In this document: piece by piece, positions 50,166-63,907 of the stretch
How positions within the stretch are numbered: the first letter of the stretch is position 1
Layout: the number at the start of each line of letters is the position of its first letter
Source of the DNA: the human T2T-CHM13v2.0 reference genome, Homo sapiens
DNA length: 64,000 nucleotides
Assembly (NCBI RefSeq): GCF_009914755.1
Contig: NC_060939.1
Reading direction: 5' to 3' (one strand)
The notes under the pieces: model-generated
Seen by the model: the letters and a program-made list of their open reading frames with translations, nothing else
The model's database searches: none
What the model was told of the DNA's origin: nothing
Program-made: the position numbers and the translations under genes

Positions 50166-50858
50166 GGCTAGTCCGCATGAGTAACACAACTCAGCAAAAA
50201 CTATGAGCCTTCTTGGTTTGTTTATTTAACGACAACATTGAAACCTTAATATAGACCTGGAATTTTCTGAGGAATTGCTGTTTATAAATGCTGAGCCGGC
50301 CAAGTCTGTTTTTACTCCTCAGTGTTTGCTAAGTGTCACGAAATCCTCAGGTGGAGGCTGTGGGGCTGGGCCCACGTAGCTGCCTCCCACCGCTGAGGCA
50401 GGGGCTCGAGCCGCGATTTGCCAAGGATGACACATTTCTCATGGAACCGGACGTGGTTCTGCGTGACTTGCAGGTCCCAGTGGCACTTGTGGAAGCTGTT
50501 AGGTTGCGTACTTGGGCCCTCGTAAAAAACTTTTTCATAAAAAAATTTTCAAAAAAATATTTAAAGAAGTCCTGAGCGACTCCACTCCCACCTTGCTGGC
50601 GTGAGGCAGTCATATTCGGCCAGAGAGGAGGCTGCTTCTATGGAATGGCATGAAGCACATTGCCGTGGCCACAGCACAGCAGAGCCTGGAACCCCGCCCC
50701 GGGAAGGGACTGCTTTCTGTCCTCAGATGTCAAGTCGCCATCCAGCAGGGCAAGGCAGGAAACACAGTAGGGTCAGGTCCTTCAGGGGCCTCTGAGGCAG
50801 GTGGACTTTCTTTTCCCCAGAGGAGCCACAGCGAGGTCCCGTTGGCGTCTCTGAGAGG

Positions 50859-51362
<504 letters not shown>

Positions 51363-51721
51363 CACAGCGGGGAAGACACACACTTCTAATTCAGGCCCCC
51401 AGTTCAGTGAATCCAAGCCTTGTGGTTTAGCCTCCCTGACTCAGGGAAAACAGTTCCATGCCCTCTGTGTCTCACAACATTCTTTTGCCTCTTCCCTCTT
51501 TGCTGCCAATCTAAATTTGTTAAGGCCTAACTCACACCTCGCCTTGCCTCCTCCTCCAGGAAGTCTCTCCTGATTGCACTTCACCCTTTTAGTTGAAGGC
51601 TGAGGGAGGCCTCTGGTGTTTCCAGAACTGTGCACCGTCCCAGGCTTACTTACAGTCTGGTGAAAGAGGCAGATGTAAACAGAAATATTCAGAGAATGTG
51701 AAAATGCATTAAAAGATGTAG

Positions 51722-52057
<336 letters not shown>

Positions 52058-53689
52058 GAAATGATTATTTAAAAACACCTGTCCACTTCCACCTTTGATG
52101 TGGAGTGTCATCCTTCCTTTCTGTGAGTCAGATCTCTACCTGTTTTTCAGGGACAGTAGGAGGAAGAGAGAAGGAACAAGGGATTCCTCAGAGCTTCTGC
52201 TGTACCCCCCACTCCTCTAGATGCTGTCCCTACTTTGGCTGAGCATCCATTGGTGAGAATTTAGATACACGAGGGTAGGTGCAGTGAGTCCTGGGGGTGA
52301 AATTTCTCTGTTTAAACAAGCCAGGGACCTTGCAGGTGTGGGGAGGCTGCAGAGCGGTGAGGAAACTTGAGGAGGGCAAAGACGATCGGCAGAGTCACAG
52401 GCTTGGTGGCCAAGCAAGGTTCGAAGCGGCAGAGCCACCAGGGCCTTGGGGCGTAGAGGGGTCTGGGTTCCGGGTCCCAGGTACGTTCGTCCACAGCATC
52501 ACCCCTCCTCTGCTCACAGCTTCAGCAAAGCCTGCTCCGGAGCGCCGGTCTCCTGTGCGTGAGGTACCTGCAATAAAGAAGGCTGGATCGCACTGCCAGG
52601 GCCACGTAGAGCAGGTCCTGCCACTGACAGCAGGAATCACTGAATCCAGACTAAGAACTGGAGCCCTTGTAAGAAATCAGGCACCGACAGGCGTCTTGAG
52701 GGAAGAGTGGAGACATCCTTGTCAGCAGTCCTGGAGGAAACGTGTTAGTTTTTATCCCTGGTCCTAACTTCCCCAGGTTTGGAAACTGAACAAGACTAAA
52801 ATTCCTTGGGGTTTAAATATTTGACTTGACACGGCTTTTTTTTTTTTTTTCCTGGCTAGGAAGTATTTACATTTGAAAGAGAGAATTCAGTCTGATAGCC
52901 CAACTACTAGTCATCTAAGAGGTTGCCAGAAACCAGTGTCCTAGCAAATATGTTGACTGGACAAGCCCAGGACTTACTTGAGAGGACAGAGCTGGAATTC
53001 TGAGGACAACCAATGACGACATTGTTCTCTATGTGCCCACAGGAAGGGCCCAAGTGCTAGCCTGGTGATGGGCCTGGCCGAGGAGGACGTGCGATCTGGG
53101 GTCATTAAGAGCTCCTCATTGATCCTGGAAATGCAGTGTGTTTTTAAGTGGATTGGTTTTACCAGTGAGCATTAGAAGTGTTTGAGGATGCTGCACATGC
53201 CTGATGAACGACCGTGCCCACGCCGTGAAGGAGCAGGGCAGAAACTTCCGCTCAACAGGATCTGGTGCTCAGACGCAGGCAGGACGGCCGTGCGTACCTG
53301 AAGCAGCCTCTTGGTGGGAATCCCACCGGCACCTTCGTGTGTGTGTCACTCACTTGGTGTGTGTGTCACTCACTTTGAGGCCTCTAGGATTCTCCAGAAA
53401 GGTAAGTACCCCTGCCTGTGTGTCCAGTTTCTGCTTCTTTATCAGTTCATGCCCCCTAACTCCGTCATCTGGGTTTGGAGTGGATGCCTCTTGGAGAGGT
53501 CACTCCTGTTCTTAGCCTTCTCCTGGATTCTGCCAGTCTTTGGGCTCGTGAATAGAAGCCAAGCCTCACAACTACATGAGAGAAAGCATTAGTCCTGGCT
53601 GGATAGGAGTGGGGCTCCTACCAGATTTTAAGTGACGAAGTCCCAGCTATTGGCAAATTCTCTTTGCCCGCTTATGCATTAAAAAGCTG

Positions 53690-54670
53690 TATCCACTTTC
53701 ATGGAGGAACCGGTGGCCAGATGTCTTCAGCTTTAAAAATATTCCTCCTCCCACCTGTAATCACAGCACTTCGGGAGGCCGAGGCGAGTGGATCACCTGA
53801 GGCCAGGAGTTCGAGACCAGCCTGGCCAACATGGTGAAACGCCGTCTCTACTAAAATACAAAAATTAGCCAGGCGTGGTGGTGCGTGCCCGCAGTCCCAG
53901 CTACTCGAGAGGCTGAGGCAGGAGAATCGCTTGAACCCGGGAGGCGGAGGTTTCAGTGAACAGAGATCACATCACTGCGCTCCATCCTGGGTGACAAGAG
54001 CAAAACTCCATCTCAAAAAAAAAAAATTATATATATTCCTCCTGCTGAATGTTGCAATGTCACAAAAAGCCAACTTCAGGGACTGTCCTCTTGTGACCAC
54101 CAAAGACCGATATTCTTAGGAGAGTATTTTCTGCCTGAACCTTGGTCCCTCTTTCGTGGGTGTATTAGGGACGCTGGAAAGACAAATTCTTGAATCCGCG
54201 CAGAGCCCTGCAAGCTGGGCAGGAAATGGTTCGGATTTACTTCAGGTTCACTGTGGTTGTTATTTATGCACTGCAAACCTCCAAAAAAAGTTGTCTGGCC
54301 TCGTTCAACCAACCAACCAGCTATTTTTGAAAACCGCAGAGCAATGGATGATTGTGTTGCACAAGCTTCTGTGGACGCAGCAACAGGTGGGAGCAAACCA
54401 GGGCACACTACCGTCAGCCATTGTGGAAGCATTTCCCGGAGCATTTGGATTTTGGCTACAGTCCAAAGTCAAGGACAACTGGAATGAAGTACCTCCCACA
54501 CTTACGAAAGAGCACGGAGCCACCAGCCACCAGAAACCCACTCTCAGGCTTACTAAGAAGTCTAAACTGGTTTTGCAACTCTTAACCAGTGGTCCAGCCA
54601 ATCAGCTGTAAAGAATGTATGAAGAATTAAGAGAAATGGGGCAAGAAGGGGTCTTGAGGGGAGCAGTAGG
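53690..54670 (+). mobile_element. Degenerate Gypsy/Ty3-like integrase remnant plus polypurine tract (MamGyp-int-like)
   Basis: Ordered motifs SWRNRWPDV..(Alu)..EC, ESIFCLNLGP, VGANQGTLPSA, QSQGQLE*, then GAGGGGAG. Confidence 0.55.
53752..54027 (+). mobile_element. AluS, 5'-truncated
   Basis: Alu consensus; TSD ATATTCCTCCT. Confidence 0.94.
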
Positions 54671-54671
54671 T

Positions 54672-56638
54672 TGTCATGCAGTGGGAGTGCCAAGAGGTGT
54701 CCCTCGAACCAGGTCACGTGATGCCAAGAGATACCCTTAGAAATCAGGGTGCCGCCAGAGGGGACATGACTGTGTGCCCACCCTGTGCAATTAGCTGAAC
54801 GGTCCCTGGTGACAATGTTCCTGAGAGATATTTGGTGATTGTTTGGAAGTAGAAATGAGCAGAAAGAATGATGCCTGCTTCTCTCCCAGAAACCTCTGAG
54901 GATGGGAGACTGGTTGGAGCAGCCGCCAAGTGCCAAGGAGAGCTGCCAGGTGCAGAGGGAAAAGGAAGTTGTCAGTCAAGGTCCCAGCAGAAATTCACCC
55001 TAAATGGTTAAAATAAAGAGATTTATAAAAATTGAGTTTACTGAGACAAAATCTATACAAAATTACACTCATTCTGTTAAGGTGTCCCATTCAATGAGTT
55101 TTGCAGAATATTTCCAGTCATGTGGCCACTACCACAAACAAGATCCAGAACATTTACATCACCCCCAAAAAAGCTCTAGTAGACACACCAAAGATTTCTC
55201 CAGAATGTCCACGCCATACGCTGCCGCCGGCAGTGCAGGGGAGTTTTGGTTGCCCCGCGTCCTCACCAACACTCGGAATGGCCACCATGTTTATTTTAGC
55301 CATTCCAGTGAGTGTACGACCACCTTTCACAGGTCTTCACTTGTATTTTCCTGATGGCCAACAAAGTTTAACTCTTTTGCATATATTTATGAGACACATG
55401 CAGGAAGGTATTCTGATGTGTTCTTTCGGGAGGTGTCTATTCAAGTCTTCAGTTCCTTGTATGTTGGGTTGTCTTTTCCTTATTGATGTGTAGGAGTTAC
55501 ATAAATATTTTGAATCCAAGTCCTTTGTCAGATGTATATATTGCCAATAGATAGTGCTGATATCCCACTCTACCTGTTGCCTTTTGAAGAATATTCCTGA
55601 AGGCACTGCTTCAGGTGGGGTGTTGAGGGACCCAGGACTAGCATTAGCAGGGAACCACTCCCACTGATGGATGAAGGGGAAACAGGATGAATTGTTGTCA
55701 TGTGAGCCCAGTGAGGACTGGCGGTGGGGAGGTCGGGCAGCCCAGCCAGGGCTGTGGATGTGGGGGCCACACTATGGCCAGATGCAGCCCTGCAGCAGAG
55801 ACAGGGGGTGAGGAAGGCCTCAGACTCCTCTTTCCCTCCACCCTCCACTCCCCTGCTGGAACCTCCATTGGCCAAGCCCAGAAGTCATCCAGGAAGAAAG
55901 TTCAAAGATGCAGTCCCTGGGAGTCAGCCTCCTGGGACAGAGAAAGACAAAGATGGGAAGGCGTGGATCAGGAGAAGGGTACAACGGAGGATCCCCAGAA
56001 AAGAGGGGCTGCAAGAGATTATCCAAAGCATATGTCTCCGGGGTTAAGAAACTACACAGGGTGCATATCCCCGTGGGGCCTCTGAAGAAGCCACAAAACG
56101 CGGTCCTCATGAGAGCCAGCATTTGGGTGGCTGCCATGTGAGAACTACAGCTGCAGAACTAGTTAAGTTAAAAGGGAAAAGATTTCTTGCTTACTTCCTC
56201 TAATCCCCCATCCCCCTGTCCTGCCTATAAGGGTGAGAAGAGAGAGGGAAAGGGAGAACTAGGAAAAGAACACGTGTTGCCCCTTCCCTACCCCTGGCCC
56301 AGACACCAGCCCAGCCTGTGCTGGGGGCTGTGGGAGGGGGAGTTTGACATGGATGTCAAGTTCAAATTGACTCTTTAATACATAAAAGTGAGTCATTCTC
56401 ACAAGAAGCAGCCTTTTTCTTGACTAAAAATGCCTGCAAACAGGTGAGCCGGCTATCTGAGATGTCATCAAGGGGCAGGGAAAGCTGATAGGAGTGGTCT
56501 TACCTGAAGCCAGGATGTAAGGAAGATCAAGCCATTTCCTGTCTGCTTCTCACTGAGTTCAGACCTTCCCACAGCCAGTTTTAAGTCATAACTCAAATCC
56601 CTCTTTCTTCTACAAGCACAAGGCTACGTAGCTTTCAT
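54672..56638 (+). mobile_element. Putative ancient LTR (MamGypLTR-like), interrupted by an LTR85-like element (from ~54970) and an L1 fragment (~55045-55590)
   Basis: TG start just after the PPT; TGTCAGTCAAGGTCCCAGCAG resembles the LTR85 terminus; possible CA end at ~56638. Confidence 0.4.
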
Positions 56639-56639
56639 G

Positions 56640-56810
56640 CATTGTCTTAGTAACCCTCATGACCACTCTACAGTTCAGTACTGTTACTATCCCTGCTTTA
56701 CAGATGAGGAAATTAAGGCAGACAGAGGTTAAGTGACTTGTCCAAGTCCACACCAACCTGCTGTCAAGTCCAGCAAACCTGATTCTAGAGCCTAAGCTAA
56801 AGGCTCTGTG
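56640..56810 (-). mobile_element. MIR
   Basis: TTTACAGATGAGGAAATTAAGGCAGACAGAGGTTAAGTGACTTGTCCAAG. Confidence 0.85.
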
Positions 56811-56922
56811 CACACTCCCCATGCCTCACACAGCAGCTGAGAGTGTAGAGTTGTGACGTTGTCTATCTGGTTAGGAACCTCAGAGGCAGGGCTGGTTCCC
56901 AGAGTCCATTCAGGCTGGTGGG

Positions 56923-57065
56923 CAGCTAAGAAGTGGGGGATTGCAGGGCATCAACCACCGCTGATTGAGGGTTGGAGGGGACCCCACATCCCCAGCTAAG
57001 AAGTGGGGGATTGCAGGGCATCAACCACAGCTGATTGAGGGTTGGAGGACACCCCACATCCCCAG
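56923..57065. repeat. 70-bp tandem duplication
   Basis: CAGCTAAGAAGTGGGGGATTGCAGGGCATCAACCAC...CCCCACATCCC twice, 3 mismatches. Confidence 0.95.
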
Positions 57066-57194
57066 GGGGATTGGAGGAAGACCAGGGCCTCCTCATGCAA
57101 CCCACATTATAGCAGCAAAACCCCTCCTGCAGTTCATGTTGCCACCTCTGGCTTCCAGGTGGAGCAGGGACTGGTCCAGGGAACCCTCGCAGAT

Positions 57195-58135
57195 CCCCCC
57201 TGTGGGTTGCACAGTCACATCCACAGAAGCCCAGTCTGGAGAGTTCTGCATGTGGCTTACCAGGTATCAGGGACTTCCGGGGCCAAGACTGGGAAGAGTT
57301 GGGGTGCAGCTCCCAGTGGCCGGTGCTCAGGGAAGTCACGCAGGGAAGTCCTGGGAGGCCTAGGCTGCCTCATGGAGAAGCTGCATGGATGTGCAGGGCA
57401 CAGGCGCACAAAGTTCTGGGGCCTGGGAGAAAAGAGGAAGGAATCATTACCACATGTTCAGGCTGCAGAGGCTCCGTAGCAGAGGAATAGGGAGAAGCAA
57501 CCAGTAACGGAGGTGGGAGCCGGAAAGGTACCAGGTGTAAGCTGGGGGACAAGGGAGCAGGCGGACAACAAGGGCAATATCTTGGGGAGGCAAGAGGCAG
57601 AGGAGGTTTGAATTGCCCCCGCCTGTGATGGGCTGCCGGGTGGACTCCGCCGTCCTGGAGCTCCATGCAGGGGCCAGCGCTCATGTCCTGAGAGTGCGGG
57701 CGGCTCACAGCACAGAGGACTTGCACTGTGCGATCGCACCTCAGCGGTGGCCATGCAAGAATGGCCTCATCTCTTAGGTTAGCTCCTGAGAGGGCCTCAC
57801 TTCCTCCACCCACGGAAGCCAGAGCTCAGCTAAATCAGCGAGGTTCCTTACCCCTGTGCTGCCGTCCACCCAGAGGGCCCCGTTTTGGACATGTATCATC
57901 TGGGTTTGAATGCAGCCCAGAACCCAGTCCCAACTCAGCCTCACCTTCATAGGCAATCAGGTTGTCTCTGGGAAGCCCAGGCCTCCCAGAACTTCCCTGA
58001 GCACTGGCCGCTGGGTGCTGCACCCCAACTCTTCCCAGTCTTGGCCCCGGAAGTCCCTGATACCGGCAAGCCACACACAGAGCCCTCCAGACCAGGGCTT
58101 GTCTTGGGGTAAGATTGTGTACACCACAGGGAACC
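57195..58135. repeat. Inverted repeat; arms ~57195-57375 and ~57960-58135; identical 48-bp cores
   Basis: 57263-57310 is the exact reverse complement of 58017-58064. Confidence 0.93.
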
Positions 58136-58472
58136 CGCCAATCCATAACACATAACAGGCCCCTGTCCTGTTCACAAAGATGTGTAACTTGGTAAAACAC
58201 CATGCAGAAGTAAAAATGCACTATTGCGGTGATGTGGCCATGAGTCCAGTAGGGAAATCATTTTCCACGCTCTTCCTCTGTGGACACCATCTCCTCGAAT
58301 GTGACTGGGGATTGGAAGCTACAGCTTCTAGAGTCCACAGGTCTTTCTTTTTTGCTGGCAAATTCGGACAACATCTACTCTGCTACAGGCTTCAGCCCAT
58401 CTCCTATTTGCCAGAATTCACCTCAAGAAATCAAGAACAAAGCGTCATCTCTCACTTCAAAACGTTCTTGGA

Positions 58473-59226
58473 GGCACGTGGTTTCCGGGCCAATGGCCCA
58501 CGGAGCAACAAGCCCGAGTCTGACTGTGACGGTATCACCGTGGTGCAGACCTCACCCATGAGTCTCCATCTGCGAGAAAGACACAGGGCGGCGGTGGGAA
58601 ACACAAAGAGGACAGGAAAGACCTGCGCCGGAAAGGGATGGAAGAGCAGGCTCCGAGCCTGATGCACAGGACAACGGCTGCATTTCAACAAGGAAGGACA
58701 CCTCCTGCTCCATTCTCCACTCCTCCTCCTGCAGGGGCAGGGATCCCACTTCCACCAGCGCCCAGGTCCTCCTCGCCACCCTGGTGTGATGCCAGCACCC
58801 TCTATGGGGGGTCCTCCTATGGTGCCAGTGACAGGCCCACCTCCTCCTGAGGGTGATGCCATGGGACCTGCTCCTGGAATGAGGCCACCCATGGGATGTC
58901 ACATGCCAGTGTTACCCAGGCCCCCAGGATGAGCCCGCCCACCCATCGCATGGTGGAGCCCACGCAGCCCAGAATAACTAAGCCAGACAGATTAGAATAG
59001 TGGAGAGACCTCGTCATATCAGCTTTTTGCTATTTGTTCTTCTCCAGGAGACCATGGTGCTGTGACGCTGGGTGTTTCCTTAGCAGCATAAGGAAGACCT
59101 GCTCCCCCTTCCTACCAGAGAATAGTTTTGGAGGGGAGAAGTGAGACCAAAAAAGTACAGTTTTCATCTGTATTGTGAAATGTGAACATAAAATTGCCAA
59201 CTCTTTCAGTTTTTTAAAAAAAAAAA
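58473..59226 (+). pseudogene. SNRPC: Processed pseudogene of U1 snRNP C (parent gene SNRPC)
   Basis: MEEQA.SL...[19 protein letters not shown] matches U1-C; LTHESPS.RKT and KHKE upstream; Pro/Met-rich tail ending PDR; no introns; start ATG->AAG at 58510; frameshifts; poly-A 59216-59226; degenerate TSD AAAA(C)G(T)TCTTGGA. Confidence 0.93.
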
Positions 59227-59231
59227 GTCTT

Positions 59232-60333
<1,102 letters not shown>

Positions 60334-60734
60334 GCCTTTCCTTTTGAGATATAAACTGGTTGCGGGATTAGAGTCAATCATTGCTGTTTTTCCAATGGGT
60401 TGTTGTATATAGATAATCTGGGATATTTTATTAAAAACTCAGGGTTATAAAACTTGCATAGAAAGATTCTATAATTATTAGGCCTGGAACAAAAAAAGAG
60501 GCTTGGTGTCCCAGTGGAATGCTGAGTGGCCAAGGGGAGCACTACCAGTGGCTACAAAAAGGCCATCTGGAGGCCAGGATCAGTTCTGTCTGACCGTAGG
60601 TGCTGAGGGTATGGGACGGCTGGAAAGGAGGTTTCTCTAGAGGACACCAGTGTCCAGACAAGGTTCTGGAGGATCTGAAGGAGCACGCTGGTGCCTTTGC
60701 TCCTGTAGGATGCTGTGGAGAAGGATCCCTGTAT

Positions 60735-60860
60735 CTTATGTATAGGTTCCATGATCTCTAGAAGCACCATTGCAAGCCCATTTTACAAATAGGGAAGACA
60801 GGAGTGAGGGGCTTGCCCAGGGCCACTTGGCTGGATACTCACCCAGGCCAAGCTTGCCCA
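60735..60860 (-). mobile_element. MIR
   Basis: CCCATTTTACAAATAGGGAAGAC...GCTTGCCCAGGGCCAC. Confidence 0.6.
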
Positions 60861-61003
60861 GCCCTGACAATTCACTGTCACCACCCTTTACTCCTGATGA
60901 CCACAGCCCAGAAGGACAGGGATTGTGTAACATTCTAAGAAAATCATGCTGCCATGCAGGAAGGAGACAGACCTAGACTCAGCCAATAGCAGCTGAGGGG
61001 TAA

Positions 61004-61414
<411 letters not shown>

Positions 61415-61559
61415 TAAAACTCTAGTGCTCCCGGAAGCTGTGTTACTCCAAGGCAGCAGCCAGGCAGAGAGAGGCAGAGGAAACAAGGAGGTAGAGATGA
61501 CGTCCTCACCTCCCCACAGTGCCCAGTGCCCAGCTCTGCCCCTGAGGCCCAGCCCCACA

Positions 61560-62086
61560 CTGCCCACAGATTCTGAGGGGTCCTCCAGGATGCTGCTATG
61601 TCAGGCCCCACAGACTGGTACCCTCACAACCTACCCAGTGTCTTCCCGGGAATCTAGAGGATGGGAAGCCTCAGTCTGCATTTCCCAGACTCCCTTGCAG
61701 AGAAGGTTTCACATGTGACCTGGGTCCCACCAGGCAGAGACACCTGCAGACTTGGGAGTTGGAAATGAGCACCCCAGGGTGGTGGCAACACTCAGGGAGA
61801 TCAGACTTTCAGCAAGTAGAATGGCCCAGGTGCTTGGCTGTTCTGAGTAGCTGGGGTAGAGGGTCTATCATCCCAAACCTAAGCTATGGGCAGCAGCAGT
61901 GGCAGTGGAGTTTTCAGAAGAGTCCTGTGATCTAGGCATGTATTTCTCCTGGCTCTAAGGTCTAAGCTTGGGTCTTTGACCTGCCCAGAAATTAACAAAC
62001 CACATGACAGGCTGTAATAAATTCCTTTCTCTTAAATAAACTGGAGTGGATTCTGTAGTCTGCGCCTAAGAATCCTAATTTATACA
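61560..62086 (+). mobile_element. ERVL LTR (LTR33/LTR16-like)
   Basis: TGCATTTCCCAGACTCCCTTGCAG...AATAAATTCCTTTCT.TTAAA...GAGTGGATTCTGT...AAGAATCCTAA..TATACA. Confidence 0.65.
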
Positions 62087-62534
62087 CCTGCCAATAATAA
62101 ATTCATCTTGTTGATAATTCGACTTGGGTGTCTGTCACTTGCAAGCAATGTAGTTGTAATACAATAGCCAAGTAATCATCCAAACTGGATAAAAAAACTT
62201 TAAAATGGATAAAAAATGTCTTTATCCGAATAACAGACGTCTCCATTTGCAGGCAGCTATGACTGTACCCTCTACATTGAGACATCAAGACATAATAAAT
62301 TTCATTTTATAGCTTGGAAATGCATGAATATAACAAGTTAACTGACTTGTGGGGAACACTGAATAGCTGGAATTTCATCTAATAAGAGATTTAAAATTAA
62401 AATATTTTAAATAAAAATGTTCACCCTTATTGGGTCACTGGTTCCAATATTCTCACTTCAGTCCTGAAGACACAGAGGCCTGGGGTGTTGCTCAAATGCA
62501 CACAGAGTCCATAACAGGATTAGAACTATTAGAA

Positions 62535-62685
62535 GCCCTACGCTAAGCTTAATATCTAGGCAATGAAATACTCCGTACAACAAATTCCTGTGACACGAGT
62601 TTACCTGTGTAACAAACCTTCACCCGTACCGCCGAACCTAAAATGAAAGTTACAGAAAATAAAGTAAGAAATGAAAAAAAGTAAA
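62535..62685 (+). mobile_element. L1P-type 3' end fragment
   Basis: TGACACGAGTTTACCTGTGTAACAAACCT.CAC..GTACC.C.GAACCTAAAAT.AAAGTT. Confidence 0.75.
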
Positions 62686-63362
62686 GAACGAGAAGCCCTA
62701 TCACTGAACCCTACACTGGTCTCTCCACCACAGCACAGTGCCTCCGGAGGCAAAGATTTCAGAGCTCTTGACTTGGCCAGAAAATGCAGAGGAGGAAAAA
62801 AAGTCAGGGCCCATCACATATTTTGTACTTGTGACCATGCTCATGGAATTAGAAGTCAGAACAGTGGAGCTGTGAATGATGCATCGGGCTGAGTTCTCAC
62901 TTGTAATTCCTCTTCTGTGGGGAGCTGGCAATTCAGAGGGGGAGAGCGTGAGTTCACGGTCTGTTCCACCCCTCACCCGTTGCCAGCAATCCCCACACTG
63001 GAGGAGCTGGACCTGGGTTCCTCATGCAGTCCTCCACGTGGACTGGGGACTAATGCGTCTAACAGAAGTTTCCGCCAAAAGAGGTTTTGCTTCTTCCCCC
63101 AAAGCATGTGCTCCAATACAGGTTTTATTTTATTTAAACAAAGCATGCGAAGAGTCTGTAGCAATTGTGTTAGATAGAGATGCTCCTAATGGCTGGGAAG
63201 GGTGCTGCTGAGATGGACAGGCTGACTGGAATCATGGATTTGCCTTCCCGTGGTGCTCTGCGAAGTCGTGCAGACGCAGAGGAGAGAAGTGTGTTGCTGG
63301 GCACCCGCCAGGGTGTTGGAATGAAGCTCTTGAGTTTCTCCATCAACCTAGCTGGCAGTGAC

Positions 63363-63900
63363 TGTTACCAACAGTCAAGAGAAGCCCAGACAACAGAGTG
63401 CCCGCGGGGACCCACATGCAGGGGTCTCCTTGGGCTGCCTCACCATCAGGGGTTGGATGTCAGGGCATGGCCATGATGTGAAAATTTAAGAGCTTTTAGT
63501 ACTTACAAGCTCTGGGGGGTACATGACACACCTGGAGGCCACACACACCCACACACAGAAGGAGGTCAGCGAGTGCAGGCAGAGAGAGATCAGGGACCCA
63601 TGGGCCAATGTCTTTATGGGGTTCAGGGCGCTACCCAAATAGGCTTCCCAAGGGAGCTTTAGTTGGTGGGTTAGCAGGCAGGCACAGTTCCAGAAGGTTA
63701 CACCGTGACCCAGAAGTGATCACTTTAAGTCCAGGGGCAAGTGTCTGAATCCTTTAAAGGAAGAGGGGACCCCAGCCTGTCAAGAGGGAGAAATGCCTCT
63801 GTTTTATCTCTGGCCACACACTGGAGCCATTCCAATGAGGTATAGTATTGAAAACCGTATCAAGGTGACTGAGCCCTGCTTCTGGTATAGAAAAGTTAAA
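63363..63900 (-). mobile_element. ERVL LTR (MER54/73/74-like)
   Basis: TACTTACA.G.TCTGGGGGGTACA.G.CAC.CCTGGAGGCCACACA. Confidence 0.5.
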
Positions 63901-63907
63901 TTTATAT

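Noticed and set aside
50333-50613. CpG-containing short ORFs as a coding exon
   Set aside because: No homology recognised and no convincing splice sites
52297-53400. RT/RNase H remnant upstream of the integrase
   Set aside because: Only vague resemblance (VSFYP, TGALV); not supportable by eye
54156-54611. 151-aa ORF as a domesticated integrase gene
   Set aside because: Motifs are spread over different frames, catalytic Asp residues are mutated, the start is non-ATG and an Alu interrupts the N-terminal part
54750-54766. CTCF-like site TGCCGCCAGAGGGGACA
   Set aside because: Single imperfect match lacking the GGC end; chance-level without ChIP data
58638-58850. Functional truncated U1-C protein
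   Set aside because: Original start and zinc-finger Cys residues are lost, there are frameshifts, and it has a retrocopy structure
58473-59226. Naming the specific SNRPCP locus or chromosome
   Set aside because: Several SNRPC pseudogenes exist and the locus cannot be assigned without a genome search
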